Source: Daphnia carinata
Lineage: Eukaryota
Direction: 5' to 3'
Assembly (NCBI RefSeq): GCF_022539665.2
Contig: NC_081332.1
Location: forward strand, 744,001-808,000
DNA: 64,000 nt
The position numbers were made by a program, and so were the translations under genes. Each line of letters begins with the position of its first letter. Within the stretch, counting starts at the first letter, position 1. Under the pieces are notes generated by a model that made no database searches, was not told where the DNA came from, and saw only the letters and a list, made by a program, of their open reading frames with translations. Positions 1-15,560 of this stretch are shown here, one piece after another.

Positions 1-1671
<1,671 letters not shown>

Positions 1672-3052
1672 GACTTTGGTGACTCTTCCCTCGGAATGAT
1701 TTGCAATGAAATTTCAAGGACAAAAAAAAACAATTTCTATTTAGACCACCCCCTCTTCTTTACAGAAACGTTTAACGATTGTTGGCGAAGAAGAAACAAA
1801 AGAATGAGCACGTTGCTCAACTAGTGTTTGCACACACAAAAAAAACAATTCACTTTCAATTGGGAAATAATCTTTTACAAAATCCAATATTGGCGGGAAC
1901 AAACAATGTGCAAGGAAAGTTCTTTTTGGCTTTCAACTTATTCTTGTGTTTTAAACTAAATTTCGGTTTCTAAAGTACTAAAAATAAACTCTTAATTAAA
2001 AAAGAAAACTATACCTCATATCAATTTTCAGAATACGATGTCCCACCATTCCATGATTTTCCATGGTGCAAGACAAAGGGAGCCACAGTTAGGCGGCCTC
2101 GTGGTTTTTTCATGGCGATTTCCAACATTAAACACTCCATGAACCATTAACGAACAATCACTATTGGTTATTTTAGAATTTCAACTACCAAAAGAATGTT
2201 AATCTATTACCTTTGTTAGTTGATCGTTTCCATCGTGGGGAGAATAGATGAAATAACAGTTCACTATGAATCTACAGTACTTGCTCTGCCGATGTCTGGA
2301 GTCAAACTGATCACATCGACCAGTTTTGGCGCCAGCGTCTTCTAGAATTCTACCCAACCCCCTCCTCAAAACAAAAAGATAATCAAACCAAATTCGATTT
2401 CAATTATAAAAATAACGATTAGCTATTTTTAATGCCAACTTTTAATGTATCTTTTCATCGAAAAGGGTAAAGAGTATCTAAAAATGTGCTACGAAATCTA
2501 CAAAATGTATCGAGATCTGAAATCGAACTGAGATGTTGACGACCGGCGCCATTTTGTCTAAGAATGTACCCCTCCCTCAGAAAAAAAGAATCCAACAAAA
2601 GAAATTACAGGAGAAAATTACAAAATTAAAATAACCAACAACACGAAAAAAAAATTACTATTCCGCAATAAAATGGAAATATCTTAATTTTAAATATTTA
2701 CTGAATTAGTTCTGACATCTGTGCGTTTTGGTTTGCAGACTTGTCCATTAACTGTATCCGAGTACCACGTTTGCCAATAATGTGAGTTCTAAAAGGATAT
2801 TTTGGTAGGAAACGGATTGATTGTATATAAATAGTTTATTTTAAAAACTTAATGGCTTTTGATCTACACTGTTGATGACCAAACATACCAGAATGCAATC
2901 AATGCCTCCCGTTTGACCCCTTTCAACTGGATGTTTACTTTCTTACTAATTCCTTTCCCTCTATTATTGCTCAGGAAAATAAATATGGATCTCCTTAAAG
3001 TGAAAGACGACAATGGTCAATCAGTCTAGATTATGTATTATTTGACATTTGC

Positions 3053-3480
3053 CTAGCTATAGTCAACGTAATCCAAATAAGCTTTGATACCATCCAACAC
3101 TCCTGCCAGCGTCTTGTCTACTTCATCAAAAACAAAAAGCGATTGGGGACATCTGCTGACATTGCCCCTCACACAAGATCTAGTTTGATCCTGATATAGT
3201 AGTGTAAACAAGTGACAATAGGAATGATATACTATTCTGCATATTGCTTTTTAATTACCTCATGAGGAAAGTGTACTGTGGACATAAAGTGGTGATAGAA
3301 CTGACCTTTTGTTCACTTCATGTAAAGGCTCTTGGATAATAAGTACACAAAATGATTTTTCCTGATACCTGTCCAACCATCGAAACTTAATACTAGAGGC
3401 TTTGAAGGACTAGGATTGGACAAGTGAATAAATTACTTGACCACATCTTCAGCGGTGGACAGGTGTGCAACTGCCACTGT
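3053..3480 (-). pseudogene. Torsin-family AAA+ ATPase fragment, copy 1
   Basis: Minus strand encodes SNPSPSKPLVLSFDGWTG, HHFMSTVHFPH and CVRGNVSRCPQSLFVFDEVDK, followed by a premature TAG. It carries a deletion relative to copy 2. Confidence 0.75.
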
Positions 3481-3899
3481 GATGTGAAGAGTTGAAATTG
3501 AAAAGTTATTAATGTCTTCATTTTGATTGTTATTTGTGTTTTGTCTTTTATTCAACATTTACGTTAACAAGCAAACGAAGAGGCACCTGAATGCAGCTAT
3601 AAGTGTTCGAAGAAAAAAGAAACGAAGAGCCAACGCAATTTTGATTGCTTTTGATGATTGATTTTGATTTTGAGTGCTTACTATACAAAGGTAAGTTGAC
3701 TACATAGCGCTTTTATATTAAATTTAAATTATTAAAAAATTATCATCTACCGGTGAACGAATAATTACCAAAAAAAATGGTAGGAGTTTTGGCTTTAATA
3801 AAAAAACGGACGCACATAACGACGAATGAAAAATGATTTAACGCATGGTCAGGTATTTTTCAATTTACACATGATTCAATTTACCCCTTTGATTTCGTT

Positions 3900-4970
3900 A
3901 GAAATAAATTATGACAATTGATACGCACAATTGATCAAACCTGGCTCGCCGGACTGGCTTTCAATTCATTAAGACTGGTGATCTTTGCGCAAAAACAACG
4001 ACCGATCGATTTTCCAAAACTTAATTTTAAAGCTTTTAAAAATAGTACCTTTTGCCATATGACTCGCATGCTTGTACGCTGTCCTCCAATTAATTACGAG
4101 TTTGCCATCAACACGGATGCTCCTACATCATCTACAGAAATCGAAAAAAAAGCAAAGATATTAATTGGCAGCATAAACAACGACACTGTAAATAAATGTA
4201 AGTCACGCAACCCTCTACAACAGTTAATTAATGTGAAAGTTGGGAGACTGTGCGTCGTGATTCCAATCGCTGAATCGGGATCACGTCTTAAAAATCAAAT
4301 ATGAGCGTACCGCAAAACAAATGCGAAACGTATTGAAGGCTGTTAATCACTGCAACCGTGTTCAAAACTCAAACACTTGATAATAAAGCAATTCAATTGA
4401 CAAGTTTCTAGCGATTGTTTAGCTGCAAAGAATAGACACGCAAAGATATATGAGTAAGATGCATGGGTTTAAAAATAAGTAGAATTGAATGCCAAATCTA
4501 ATACCGTTGTTCCAAAATAATTGCTCTTTCGTTCCTTAATCACGTTTCAGAACCGAACAGGGTACGGCGGGCCTTCTACCCAAACTCCCCCAAGTCCAAC
4601 GTGGCATCAGTGAACGAGAATATGTCATACCTGGATTTTTACAAATCAAACAATTGCATCAGAAATGAATAATAGAACCGTAACTGAACTTGATTCAATT
4701 TAAAGTAATAATACCTTGTTTAAGGTGAAAGTGTTGATAAAGAGGTAAGATATTTATAGTGCCAACTCCAACTCCTTTCAATGGGTGCAAAACCATCCAA
4801 ATATGGGAGCCGACAACGTCACTGTGAACACTAATGTCTAGGACTGTCCAGTTGGTCTGGAATACCTGGACGCGAGTTCGTAAGGTAAACGTCAAAGATG
4901 AGAAAACATCGTAAAGGTTTACGTTACCTGTCGATGAGACAGTTGCGTTAACCCATCTATTCGGCTTCAA
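3900..4970 (-). pseudogene. Degraded multi-exon gene of unknown family (3' part), truncated at 4970 by a Pvr 5'-leader fragment
   Basis: Paralogous to 13880-14960; minus-strand splice-like sites and broken hydrophobic frames; no family recognised. Confidence 0.35.
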
Positions 4971-5334
4971 AAAAAATCAAAACGATATTTTAAAACGTGG
5001 ACTCCAAAGTAAAACAACAAAATTATACCTTGTTGCCGCCGCCACGCCATCTTGCGCTCGCAGTAGAAATACGCACCAGGCAGCCAAGGGATGGCGTGCA
5101 CGAGCTAGCATGCTTTTTCACCCAAGCTTCGCCCTACAATATTCAGTCCCTCTTCAACTATCGGACCAACAAATTTCGCTCTGATTGCCTTTTCTAAAGT
5201 GCCGCTCAAAACTCAGATTCTCAGTTTGTACGCCCTAATGTTTGTTCTAGGTAGCAATACAGGGAGTGAAAGGAACAGCTATTTACCACAAACTAACTTT
5301 TTTGAATGATTAAAATCCATTCAAAAAATCTGGC

Positions 5335-5730
5335 TCTTAACGATTTCACTTTGCTTAGATAACCAATAAGACTTACATTAGGGCGGTGCATTAGAATTAC
5401 CAAGTAGAAGTATCGCCTTACCACTGGACCACCTAGCCGATAAGTTCAAATCTCCATGACATTACTTCACAAATTGCCCTCAAAGAGAAGGAAATGAAAG
5501 GATAACCGCACATCCGCCAAATGGTAAAATCGAAGGACAACGAGAAGGAGAGAGTTTCGCTGTAGCCAAGTTGCGATTTATCATCGGAAAACCACTTCCC
5601 GCTTTGGAATGAATTCTCCCTGCAGCTATTCACGACCTACTGCGGCATAGTGTTAACGTTGCGTCTCGGTGTTCCCTAAATTTATCAAGGAAAATCAAAA
5701 CGAAATTAGAAAAGCGGATTCCTAAGTAAA
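5335..5730 (+). promoter_or_regulatory. Pvr upstream module (putative promoter/enhancer) of copy 2
   Basis: Conserved non-coding block directly upstream of the ATG of copies 2, 4 and 5; contains several GATAA sites and GATAACCGCA (5501-5510). Confidence 0.55.
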
Positions 5731-5743
5731 ACCAACAAGAACA

Positions 5744-7875
5744 ATGTTGTTCATCGTATTCTTCACATTGTTGCCCTTAGGAAGTGATGGCAATAGTTTA
5801 ATCATGATTCCCCATCACCAACCACACATCGAACAAAAAGGTAATATTCTCAGCTTAACTTGCATCTACCGGTTCAACAGCGACGAAGAGAAAACGTCAG
5901 CCAACATTACGTGGATACTGCCACCATACCAAAGAGTGCGTAGATACGAAAAATCAATTTTTTAAAATTTACATTGAAATAAAATAAACTTGAAACGCAA
6001 CAGCCAACGGAATATCGTTTAGATTACGAAATCGAGAGGAATACAACTCACTTGACATCGACGATGACATTGAAAAGGACCTTTTACTCCGACACGGGAT
6101 ATTATCGATGTGTTGTACGACCCGGAATTCAAATCGCCCATTACGTTTACTTTTTCAGTCAGTTCTCATTTTTAAATAATCGATTATTTAAAAAATAATA
6201 ATTTTCTAATGATACAATCAGATAACAACAACCGAGTTTTCGTGCACGGGCAAGACATGACTCGCAAGTTAGGTGGTCTTGACACATTTATGACGTTGGC
6301 AGGTGAACCACTCGACGTCCCGTGCAAACCAACCCACCCAACTGTCATCGTTTCACTGTTGCGCGAAAAGCTAATGCCAAACAACGAACTGAAATGGAAG
6401 TTTACGGTAACCCAAGCTAAAAAATAATAATACTTTTAAATCAATTGATTTCAATTTAAAAGAAGGAATTGTCAAGCAAAACGGAAAGTGCCAGATGGTT
6501 GCTGAAACCTTTGCCAGAACGAGGATTCAAATTAAAGAATCCGACATTTAGCGACAGTGGATTTTACAAGTGTTTAGGCACCATGGACGAAAAACCCATC
6601 GAAAACCAAGAAGAAGATTACGAATACCACTCCTACACACCTACAATCAATGCTCTAGAGACCGAAAAGAAATTCTACGTTTTCGTTAACGGTATGGACG
6701 CGAAATTGCAAAATCGAATTAACCTTCAATCGAATTGAATGCGAATTATAGGAATGGAACTCGTGAGGGATGGTGATCCATTCGAAGGTAAAAACGTGAC
6801 ACTCATCTGCAAAACCATCTGCCAAAGTGATCGAGATACGGTGCAATTTTGGAAACCCGATTGGTTTAACATTAACAATGAAACCGGCCAAAAACAATGG
6901 GTCAATCCAGCTCACTATCATAAAGGTATGGCCATAATATCAGAGTCAAAGATAATTCATTCACTAAAAAATTGCAACAGGAATTCTACTAGATAATAAA
7001 TGGTTCCCTATGATATCAGGCAACTCTCTTAATGGAAGCTTCCCCTACGGTTTGTACGAAAGTCGATTGCATCTGCTAAGAATCGGCTTCAATACGCAAA
7101 CGCACTTTGAATGCAGAGCCAATGCCAGTGGACGAATCATTTCGAAATTCATTTCTTTAACAGTTCAAGGTATTTTACTTCATTTTTGTGGTTGGCAAAA
7201 ATGAAGTGCAATTTTTGTTTTAATTCAAAGAAAACATCGATCCAGTGGATGTAGAATTGGAAAGAGGAACTGCTCAAAATTTGACTTGCAATCGATCAAC
7301 TGATGACATCCACATCCAATGGTTCAAGGTAAATAAAACTAATTTTTAATGATCAATGAAATGATTGCGATTTTGGAATATCAGGATAACGAGGAATATT
7401 CGGGATTAATCTATACAAGGGATACTTCATCAATTTTACCACTAAACGGAAGTGATGGACAAAACGGAAATTATTCTTGTCATTGGAACAACAGCCGCGG
7501 GGAAACGAGATTTCGAAATTTCAATTTTCCTGACGAACCGAGATTTCGAAATTTCAATTTTCCTGACATACTAAAATCTAACGGGACTATCTACCAACCC
7601 ATTTTAATTTGCGTATCTGTCGTGACGTTAATTATAAATGGAATAATAATCAAACAAAACGTGGACAAGGTAAGTTTAAATAAATTGTGCACGTTTTGAA
7701 ATTTTTAAAAGCAATTTTTGTTACCCAAAAAAAAAGAAAAAATTGGAAAAAAAAATTCAAGAAAGATTAGATGGAAATCCCGATGGCATCGATCCAAATT
7801 TGCCAATCGAAAATCAAATTGAATTTCTACCTTACGACAAACACTGTGAATTTCCAAAAAAGCGCCTCAGACTCG
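5744..7875 (+). CDS. Pvr-like copy 2: signal peptide, 4 Ig domains, TM and juxtamembrane exon; no kinase exons
   Basis: Nine exons with canonical GT-AG sites stay in frame (MLFIVFFTLLPLGSDG; LTCIY..NITW; DTGYYRC; VPCKPTHP; DSGFYKC; EGKNVTLIC; HFECRA; LTC..IQWFK; GNYSCHW; TM PILICVSVVTLIINGIII). The intron after RLRLG is cut at about 7926 and joined to the copy 3 leader. Confidence 0.75.
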
Positions 7876-7950
7876 GTTTGTGTTTACCGTTTCAAGAATC
7901 AATTTCAGAAAATTAAATCTAACTAATCCAAAGTAACACCAACAAAAACA

Positions 7951-10900
7951 ATGTTTTTCATCGTATTCTTCACATTGTTGCCCTTAGGAAGTGACGCAAA
8001 TAGTTTAATGATGATTCCCCATCACCAACCACACATCGAACAAAAAGGTAATATTTTCAGCTTAACTTGCATCTACCGGTTAAACAGCGACGAAGAGAAA
8101 ATGTCAGCCAACATTACGTGGATACTGCCCCCATATCAATGGGTGCGTAGATACGAAAATTCAATTTTTTAAAATTTACATTGAAATAAAATGAACTTGA
8201 AACGCAATAGGAAACGAAAAAACGTTTAAGTTACAAAATCGAGAGGAATACAACTCACTTGACATCGACGATGACATTGAAAAGAACCTATTTCTCCGAC
8301 ACGGGATATTATCGATGCGTTGTACGCCCCGAAATTCAAGTCGCCCACTACGTTTACTTTTACAGTCAGCTCTCATTTTTAAATTATCGATAATTCAAAA
8401 GAAAATAATTCTTTTTGATACAATTAGGTGAACAGCCACTAGTTTTCACAAAGAAGGAAGAATTGTTAACCAAATTACATCGTCGCGATTTTGACACATA
8501 TATGACGTTGGCGGGTGAACCTCTCGACATTCCGTGCAGACCAACCCACCCAGATGTCACCATTTCACTCTATCGCGAAACGCTAATGCCAAACAAAAAA
8601 CTGGAATGGAACTTGACTGTAACCCACGCTAAGCAAAAAATAATAATAAGCTTCCACGTAAATTGATTTAAACAACCAGGAACTGTCAAGCGATTATGGA
8701 AACGCCAGTTGGTTGCTGAAACCTTTGCCAGAACGTGGACTGAGGTTAACCAATATGACACCAAGTGACATAGGAAAATACAAGTGTGTGGGCACCGAGT
8801 CGGTACGACCAACTGCTGGACCCACCACAATCCATTTCAGGATTTCCATCAACAGTAATTTCGTGCGCTGATCGATATCCAAAATCGAATTCACCTCAAG
8901 CGAATTGAACGCAAAAAATATAGGAATGGAACTCGTTAGGGTTGGTGATCCAATCGAAGGCAACAACGTGACACTCATCTGTAAAACCTTCTGCGAAAGT
9001 GATCGCAATACGGTGGAATTTTGGAAAGCCGATTGGTTTTACTTCAACAATGAAACTGGCCAAGAACAATTCATCAATCAAACTAACCTTCCTAAAGGTA
9101 TGCGATAATGTCTGTGTCAAAGATAATGTACCCTCAATCACTTCAAATTGCAATAGAAATTCAAGTGGAAAATTATTTCAAGTTGGCAAAGGGAGAATTC
9201 GGTATTTCATCAGACGAGCCTATCGAAGAAAGATTTCGGTACGGTTTGTACGAAAGTCACTTGCATCTGCTAAGAATTGGCCTTAATACGCCCACGCACT
9301 TTCAATGCAGAGCCAATTTCAGTGGTGGAATCACTTTCAATAAATCCATTTCTTTTACAGTTCAAGGTATTTACCTCATTTTTGTGGTTGGCAATCATAA
9401 GCGCATTTTTTTTGTTATACAAAGAAAAAATCTATCCAGTGGATGTTAAATTGAAAAAAGGAATAGCTCAATTTTTGATTTGCCATCGATACGCTAATGA
9501 CGTCCACATCCAATGGTTCAAGGTAAACAAAACGAATTTTTAATGTTCAATGAAATGATTGCGATTTTGGAATATCAGGATGACGAGGAATATAAGGGAT
9601 TAATCTATACAAGGGCTACTTCATCAATTTTACCACTAAACGAAAGTGATACACACATCGGACGTTATTCTTGTCGCTGGAACAACAGCCGAGGAGAACC
9701 GAGATTTCGAAATTTCAATTTTCCTGACGAACAAGAATATACCAGGATTATTTTAATTCTCGGATCTGTCACTCTGTTACTTTTAACTGTAACAGCAATC
9801 ATGCAAAACGTGGAAAAGGTAAGTTTAAATAAATTGTGCACGTTTTGAATTTATTAATAGCCACTTTTGATACCCAAAAAAAAAAAAAGAAAAAATTGGA
9901 AAAAGAAATTCAAGAAAGATTAGATGGAAATCCTGATGGAATCGATCCAAATTTGCCAATCGAATATCAAACTGAATTTCTACCTTACGACAAACGCTGT
10001 GAATTTCCAAAAAATCGCCTCAGACTCGGTTTGTGTTTGACATTTTCAATAATCAATTTCAGAAATTTAATCAACTACGAAAAAGTAGGAAAACAACTGG
10101 GAAAAGGATGTTTCGGAGACGTTTACAAAGCGGAAGCTGTTGGACTTAAAGGATCGGATGAAAATGTGACAACGGTGGCCGTCAAAAAGGTCCCATCGAC
10201 ACCCCAATTTCAAATGAAATCACAGACGGCCGCATTAGACGCTTTAATTAAAGAATTGAAAATTCTAAATTATTTGGGATCGCATTTAAATGTCGTCAAT
10301 TTACTGGGGGCCTGCACCAAAGACATCATCAAAGGTAATTAATCAAAACTCGCAAATTGTTCAGTTCGGTTTATCTCATTTGACTGGGACAGGCGAACTC
10401 TTGTTAATTATCGATTATTGCCGCTTTGGCAATTTTGCAATCCTATTTGATTCAAAAACGGAATGCGTTTGTCACTCAATTGGATGAGTTTGGTGACCTT
10501 CAACTGTCAAATGATTTCGTCGAAACAAACGAGACTCACAGGTACAAATAATAAAACCATTCAAAAGTGATTACAAATTTAAATGCTTTGAAGTCCAGTG
10601 AGGACAGTGACTCTAATGCAAAGCCTGGACCCTCAGATCATTCTGTTCCTCAAGTAAAATGGACAAGAGACGATTCAATTTCTTTCGGTAAAGTTTCACA
10701 TTTCCGAATACAAAACAATTTAATTCTAAACAAAAGATGATTGCCATTAAAAAACAGAAACCATTTGGAAATCTGAAAATTCAGATGCTGGTACCAATGG
10801 ACCCATTTCCACTTGGAACTTAATCAGCTTTTCTTTACAAATCGCCAAGGGGATGGAATTCATTGCTAGCAAAAAGGTGGCCTTTCAAATTAAATATAAT

Positions 10901-11548
10901 CATATTAATCAGGATGTCATTGGAAATGTCTGATATCGATCAGGTTCTCCATGGCGATTTAGCGGCTCGCAATGTCCTTTTAGCCAATCATGGAATTGTC
11001 AAAATTGCAGATTTCGGAATGGCCAAACAAATGAAAAATTACAGTTACGAAATGAAAGGACAGGTAAATTTAAACAGTTAGCCCGGGGACATAAAAATGA
11101 CTTTCATTTACTTTGATTTTATTAAAAGGAACTACTACCAGTTAAATGGATGGCTATTGAATCGCTGACGGATCAATTATGTTCCAGTCAATCCGATGTC
11201 TGGTCTTACGGCATTGTTCTATGGGAACTCTTTGCCCTGGGCAAAATTCCTTACCCTGGTATTACAGGGATCAAATTTTCATCACCGTATTGAAAATTAA
11301 AATTTTTGCATTTTTTTCCCCAAGGTATGAACGGCCCTATCCTCGTAAAAAATATTCAAGGACTTCGAATGGATAAACCAGATTACGCGCCAAATTTCTT
11401 TGGAGAAATGATGAAAAGTTGTTGGAACAAAGAACCAAACGACCGACCAACGTTTCAGCACCTGGCCAACACGATCGAGAATTACATGGAGCCATTCGTT
11501 AGCTCTGGCTACTTGGATGCAACATTCATGGAAAACAATACCAACTAA
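7951..11548 (+). pseudogene. Pvr-like copy 3, full exon set with a 1-nt frameshift in the kinase N-lobe
   Basis: Same exon series as the other copies. GGCAATTTTGCAA (10428-10440) has an extra T relative to GGCAATTTGCAA in copies 1, 4 and 5; this could be a homopolymer sequencing error. It lacks its own upstream module. Confidence 0.75.
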
Positions 11549-12896
11549 GAGTTTGGTGACTCTCTCCTCGGAATGATTTGCAATGAAATATCAAGGACAC
11601 GAAACAATTTCTATTTAGCCCCATCCCTTCATAGGAGAAAAACGTTTAACGACTGGTGGCGAGAAAGAAACAAAGAAATGAGCACGTTTGTTAACTAGTG
11701 TTTGCACGCACAAAAAAAAAACTATTCACTTTCTATTGGGAAATAATCTTCAGCAAAACCCAATATTGGCGGGAAAAAAAAAACAATGTGAAAGTTAAGT
11801 TCTTTTGGGTTTAAAACCTGTTCATATGTTTTAAACCCAATTTCGTTCCTTAACTACCAAAATAAACCCTTAATTAAAAAAGAAAACTATACCTCATACA
11901 AATTCTCAGAATATGATGTCCCATCATTCCATTGGTGCGAGACAAAGGGAGCCACAGTTAAGCGACCGCGTGGTTTTTTCATGGCGATTACCCACATCAA
12001 AAACTCCATGAACAATTAACTAACAATCAGTATCGGTTATTTTAGAATTTCAGCTATCAAAAAATGTTAATCTATTACCTTTGTTAGTTGTTCGGTTCCA
12101 TAATTGAAAGAATAGATGAAATAACAGTTCACTACGAATGTACTTGCTCTGCCGAGATCTGGAGCCACACTGATCTCGATGACCAGTTTGGCGCCAGCGT
12201 CTTCTAGAATTTTACCCAACCCCCTCCTCAAAACAAAAAGATAACCAAATCAGATTCGATTTCAACCATTTAAGTAAACATTATCTATTTTCAATGCTAT
12301 TTTTTAAAGCATCTTTTCACTGTAAGGGTAAAGAGATTTTAAAAATGTGCTACCGACAAAACGTATCGAGATCTGAAATCGAACTGAGTAGTTGACGACG
12401 AGCGCCATTGTCGTCTAAAAATTTACCCCTCCCTCTCTCAAAATCTAACTAAAATGGAGAAAATTACTAAATGAAAAACAAAATAACCAACAACACGAAA
12501 AAAAAATTACGATTCCGCAATAAAATGGAAATATCTTAATTTTAAATATTTACTGAATTAGTTCTGGCATCTGTGCGTTTAGGTTTGCAGACTTGTCCAT
12601 TAACTGTATCCGATTACCACGTTTGCCAATAAATGTCTAAAAGGATATTTTGTTAGGAAACGGATTGATTTTATATAAATACTTTATTTAAAAAATTTAA
12701 TAGCTTTTGATCTACACTGTTGATGACCAAACATACCAGAATGCAATCAATTCCTCACGTTTGACTCCTTTCAACTGTGTGTTTACTTACTTACTAATTC
12801 CTTTCCCACTATTATTGCTCGGGAAATTAAATGTGGATTTCCTTAAAGTGGAAGATGACAATGGTCAGTCTAGATTATGTAGTATTTGACATTTGC

Positions 12897-13380
12897 CTAG
12901 CTATAGTCAACGTAATCCAAATAAGCTTTGATACCATCCAACACTATTGACAGCATCTTGTCTACTTCGTCAAAAACAAAAAGCGATTGGGGACATCTGC
13001 TGACATTGCCCCTCACACAAGAACTAGTTTGATTCTGCATATTGCTTTTAATTACCTGATGAGGAAAGTGTACTGTGGACATAAAGTGGTGATAGAAGTG
13101 ACTTTTTGTTCCCTTTATGTAAAGGCTCTTGTATAATAAGTACATAAAAAGATTTTTCCTGTTACCTATCCAACCATCAAAACTTAATACTAGAGGCTTT
13201 GAAGGACTAGGATTAGACAAGTAAATAAATTACTTGACCACATCTTCAGCGATGGACAGGTGTTCAACTGCCACTGTGATGTGAAGAGTTGATGGAGACA
13301 CGAGGGCTGTCCTGAGAACATGTTCCTGTTCCAAAATGATGTTGTGGACATTATGCACAGCTTGAATAATCTGTATGAGA
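12897..13380 (-). pseudogene. Torsin-family AAA+ ATPase fragment, copy 2
   Basis: ORF 12897-13220 has KPLVLSFDGWIGNRKN (degenerate torsin Walker A), HFMSTVHFPH and CVRGNVSRCPQSLFVFDEVDKM..GIKAYLDY, then stops. The C-terminal half is missing. Confidence 0.8.
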
Positions 13381-13879
13381 AAATTGAAAAGTTATTAATG
13401 TCTTCATTTTGATTGTTATTTGTGTTTTGTCTTTTATTCAACATTTACGTTAACAAGTAAAGGCACCTGAATGAAGCTAAAACTGTTCGAAGTAAAATGA
13501 AACGAAGAGCCAACGGAATTTTGATTAATTTTGGCTATTCGAAAATTGTACGTTACTAATGTAAATAAATTATAAATATTAAAAAAAATGTAAATATGTA
13601 AATGGATTGACAAATGTTGTTTCTCTTCGAATTCAATTGCAGTGCTTACTATACAAAGGTAAGTTAACTACATAGCGCTTTTATATTTAATTTAAATTAT
13701 TAAAAAATCATCATCTACCGTTGAACGAATAATTACCAAAAAATGGTAGGAGTTTGGCTTTAATAAAAAAACGGACGCACATAACGACGAAGGAAAAATA
13801 ATTTAACGCATGGTCAAAGTATTTTTCAATTTACGCATGATTCAATTTACCCCTTTGATTTCGTTAGAAATTCATTATG

Positions 13880-15560
13880 ACAATTGATACGCACAATTGA
13901 TCAAACCTGGCTCGCCGGACTAGCTTTCAATTGATTAAGACTGGTGATTTTTGCGCAAAAACAACGATCGATCGATTTGCCAAATCTTAATTTTAAAGCT
14001 TTTAAAAATAGTACCTTTTGCCACATGACCCGCATGCTTGTACGCTGTCCTCCCATTAATAAAGAGTTTGCCATCGACATGGATTCTCCTACATCATCTA
14101 CAGAAATCGAAAAATATGCAAAGATATTATTTGGCAGCATAAACAACGACACTGTAAACATATGTAAATCACGCAACCCTATACAACAATTAATTAATAT
14201 GAAAGTTGGGACACTGTGCGTCGTGATTCCAATCGCTGAATCGGGATCACGTCTTTAAAAATCAAATATGAGCGTACCGCAAAACAAATGCGAAACGTAT
14301 TGAAGGCTTTTAATCACTGCAACCGTGTTCAAAACTCAAAACACTTGATAATAAAGCAATTCAACTGACAAGTTTCTAGCGATCGTTTAGCTGCAAAGAA
14401 TAGACACGCAAAGATATATGAATAGAATGCGTGGGTTTCAATAGAACTAGAATTGAATGCCAAATCTAATACCGTTGTTCCAAAATAGTTGCTCTTTCGT
14501 TCCTCATACACGTTTCAGAACAGATCAGGGTACGGCGGGCTTTCTACCCAAACTCCACCAAGTCCGACGTGGCATCGGTGAACGAGAATAGCCCAGTAAA
14601 CTCAGCCAATCTCTATGTCATGTAATATGTCGTTCCTGGATTTTTTAAAATCAAACAATTGCATCAGAAATGAATAGAACCGTAAACCTGATGGAATTTT
14701 AAGTAAAAATACCTTGTTTAAGATGAAAGCGTTGATGGAAAGGTGAGGCATTACTAGTGTTAACTCCAACTACCCTTCAATGGGTGTAAAACAATAAAAA
14801 AAGGGAGCCGACAACTTTACTGGGAACACCAATATCCAGTATTGTCCAAATGGTTTGGAATAACTGGACGCGAGTTCTTAGGGTAAATATCAAAGATTAG
14901 AAAACAAGGTTTACGTTACCTGACGATGGTACAGTTGCGTTGGCCTAGCCATTCGGCTGCAAAGTCCTGTTGCTTTTCCACTGGAACACGCCGAGATGCA
15001 TCAACTGTTGCCACGGCTGTTTTGCTTCAACGTAGTCCAGTCGGCATCCCTTCCATTTCCTGGATTCATCAGCAGTTTAAGTAGATCCATCACGCAGTTT
15101 TCAGTTCATTATCTAGAAATTAAATAAGATTTTGTATGGAACAAAATAAAATATAATCTATTTACCTTGATTCGTTTAAATGGCACGTTTCAAACCGCAC
15201 AGCGCGGCGCGCAAACTGCCAAGGAAGAGTTGGCCAATAAATAAAACGTCTCTACGCAGGTAGAATATTCCGTCTAGACAACGTGGACCATTGGGTTTCA
15301 CTTGGAAGTCGATCCTTGGCAGACCCCAGAAATAAAAACAACGGCGTAAAACGGTAAGTCCCTGAAACGAGAATTAAACGTATCAAATTTTAAGTGATGA
15401 AAATTAATTCAATAGCAAACATCGAAATTGAATAGCAAATAGGAAAAGAATTACGAACCGCATTTCGTGATATCAACGAACCCCGAAAAATGGACAGCAG
15501 CAAAGACGATTGCACATCAAATGGGGATGAAGACCACCTCTTCTATTTAATTCATTTCTT
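13880..15560 (-). pseudogene. Degraded multi-exon gene of unknown family (signal-peptide-like start, weak C-type-lectin-like segment, hydrophobic 3' exon)
   Basis: ATG near 15555 is followed by a hydrophobic stretch with stops. GT-AG-bounded blocks read ENCVMDLLK..DW and GVFQWKSNRTLQPNG*ANAT, with many stops and frameshifts. Confidence 0.35.

Noticed and set aside
3918..4304. Plus-strand 128-aa ORF and its paralogue 13944-14258
   Set aside because: Non-ATG start and no recognisable motif; splice signals suggest that any ancestral gene was on the minus strand.
5433..5633. Short ORFs antisense to the Pvr upstream module
   Set aside because: Frames and lengths differ between module copies, so they are not conserved as protein.
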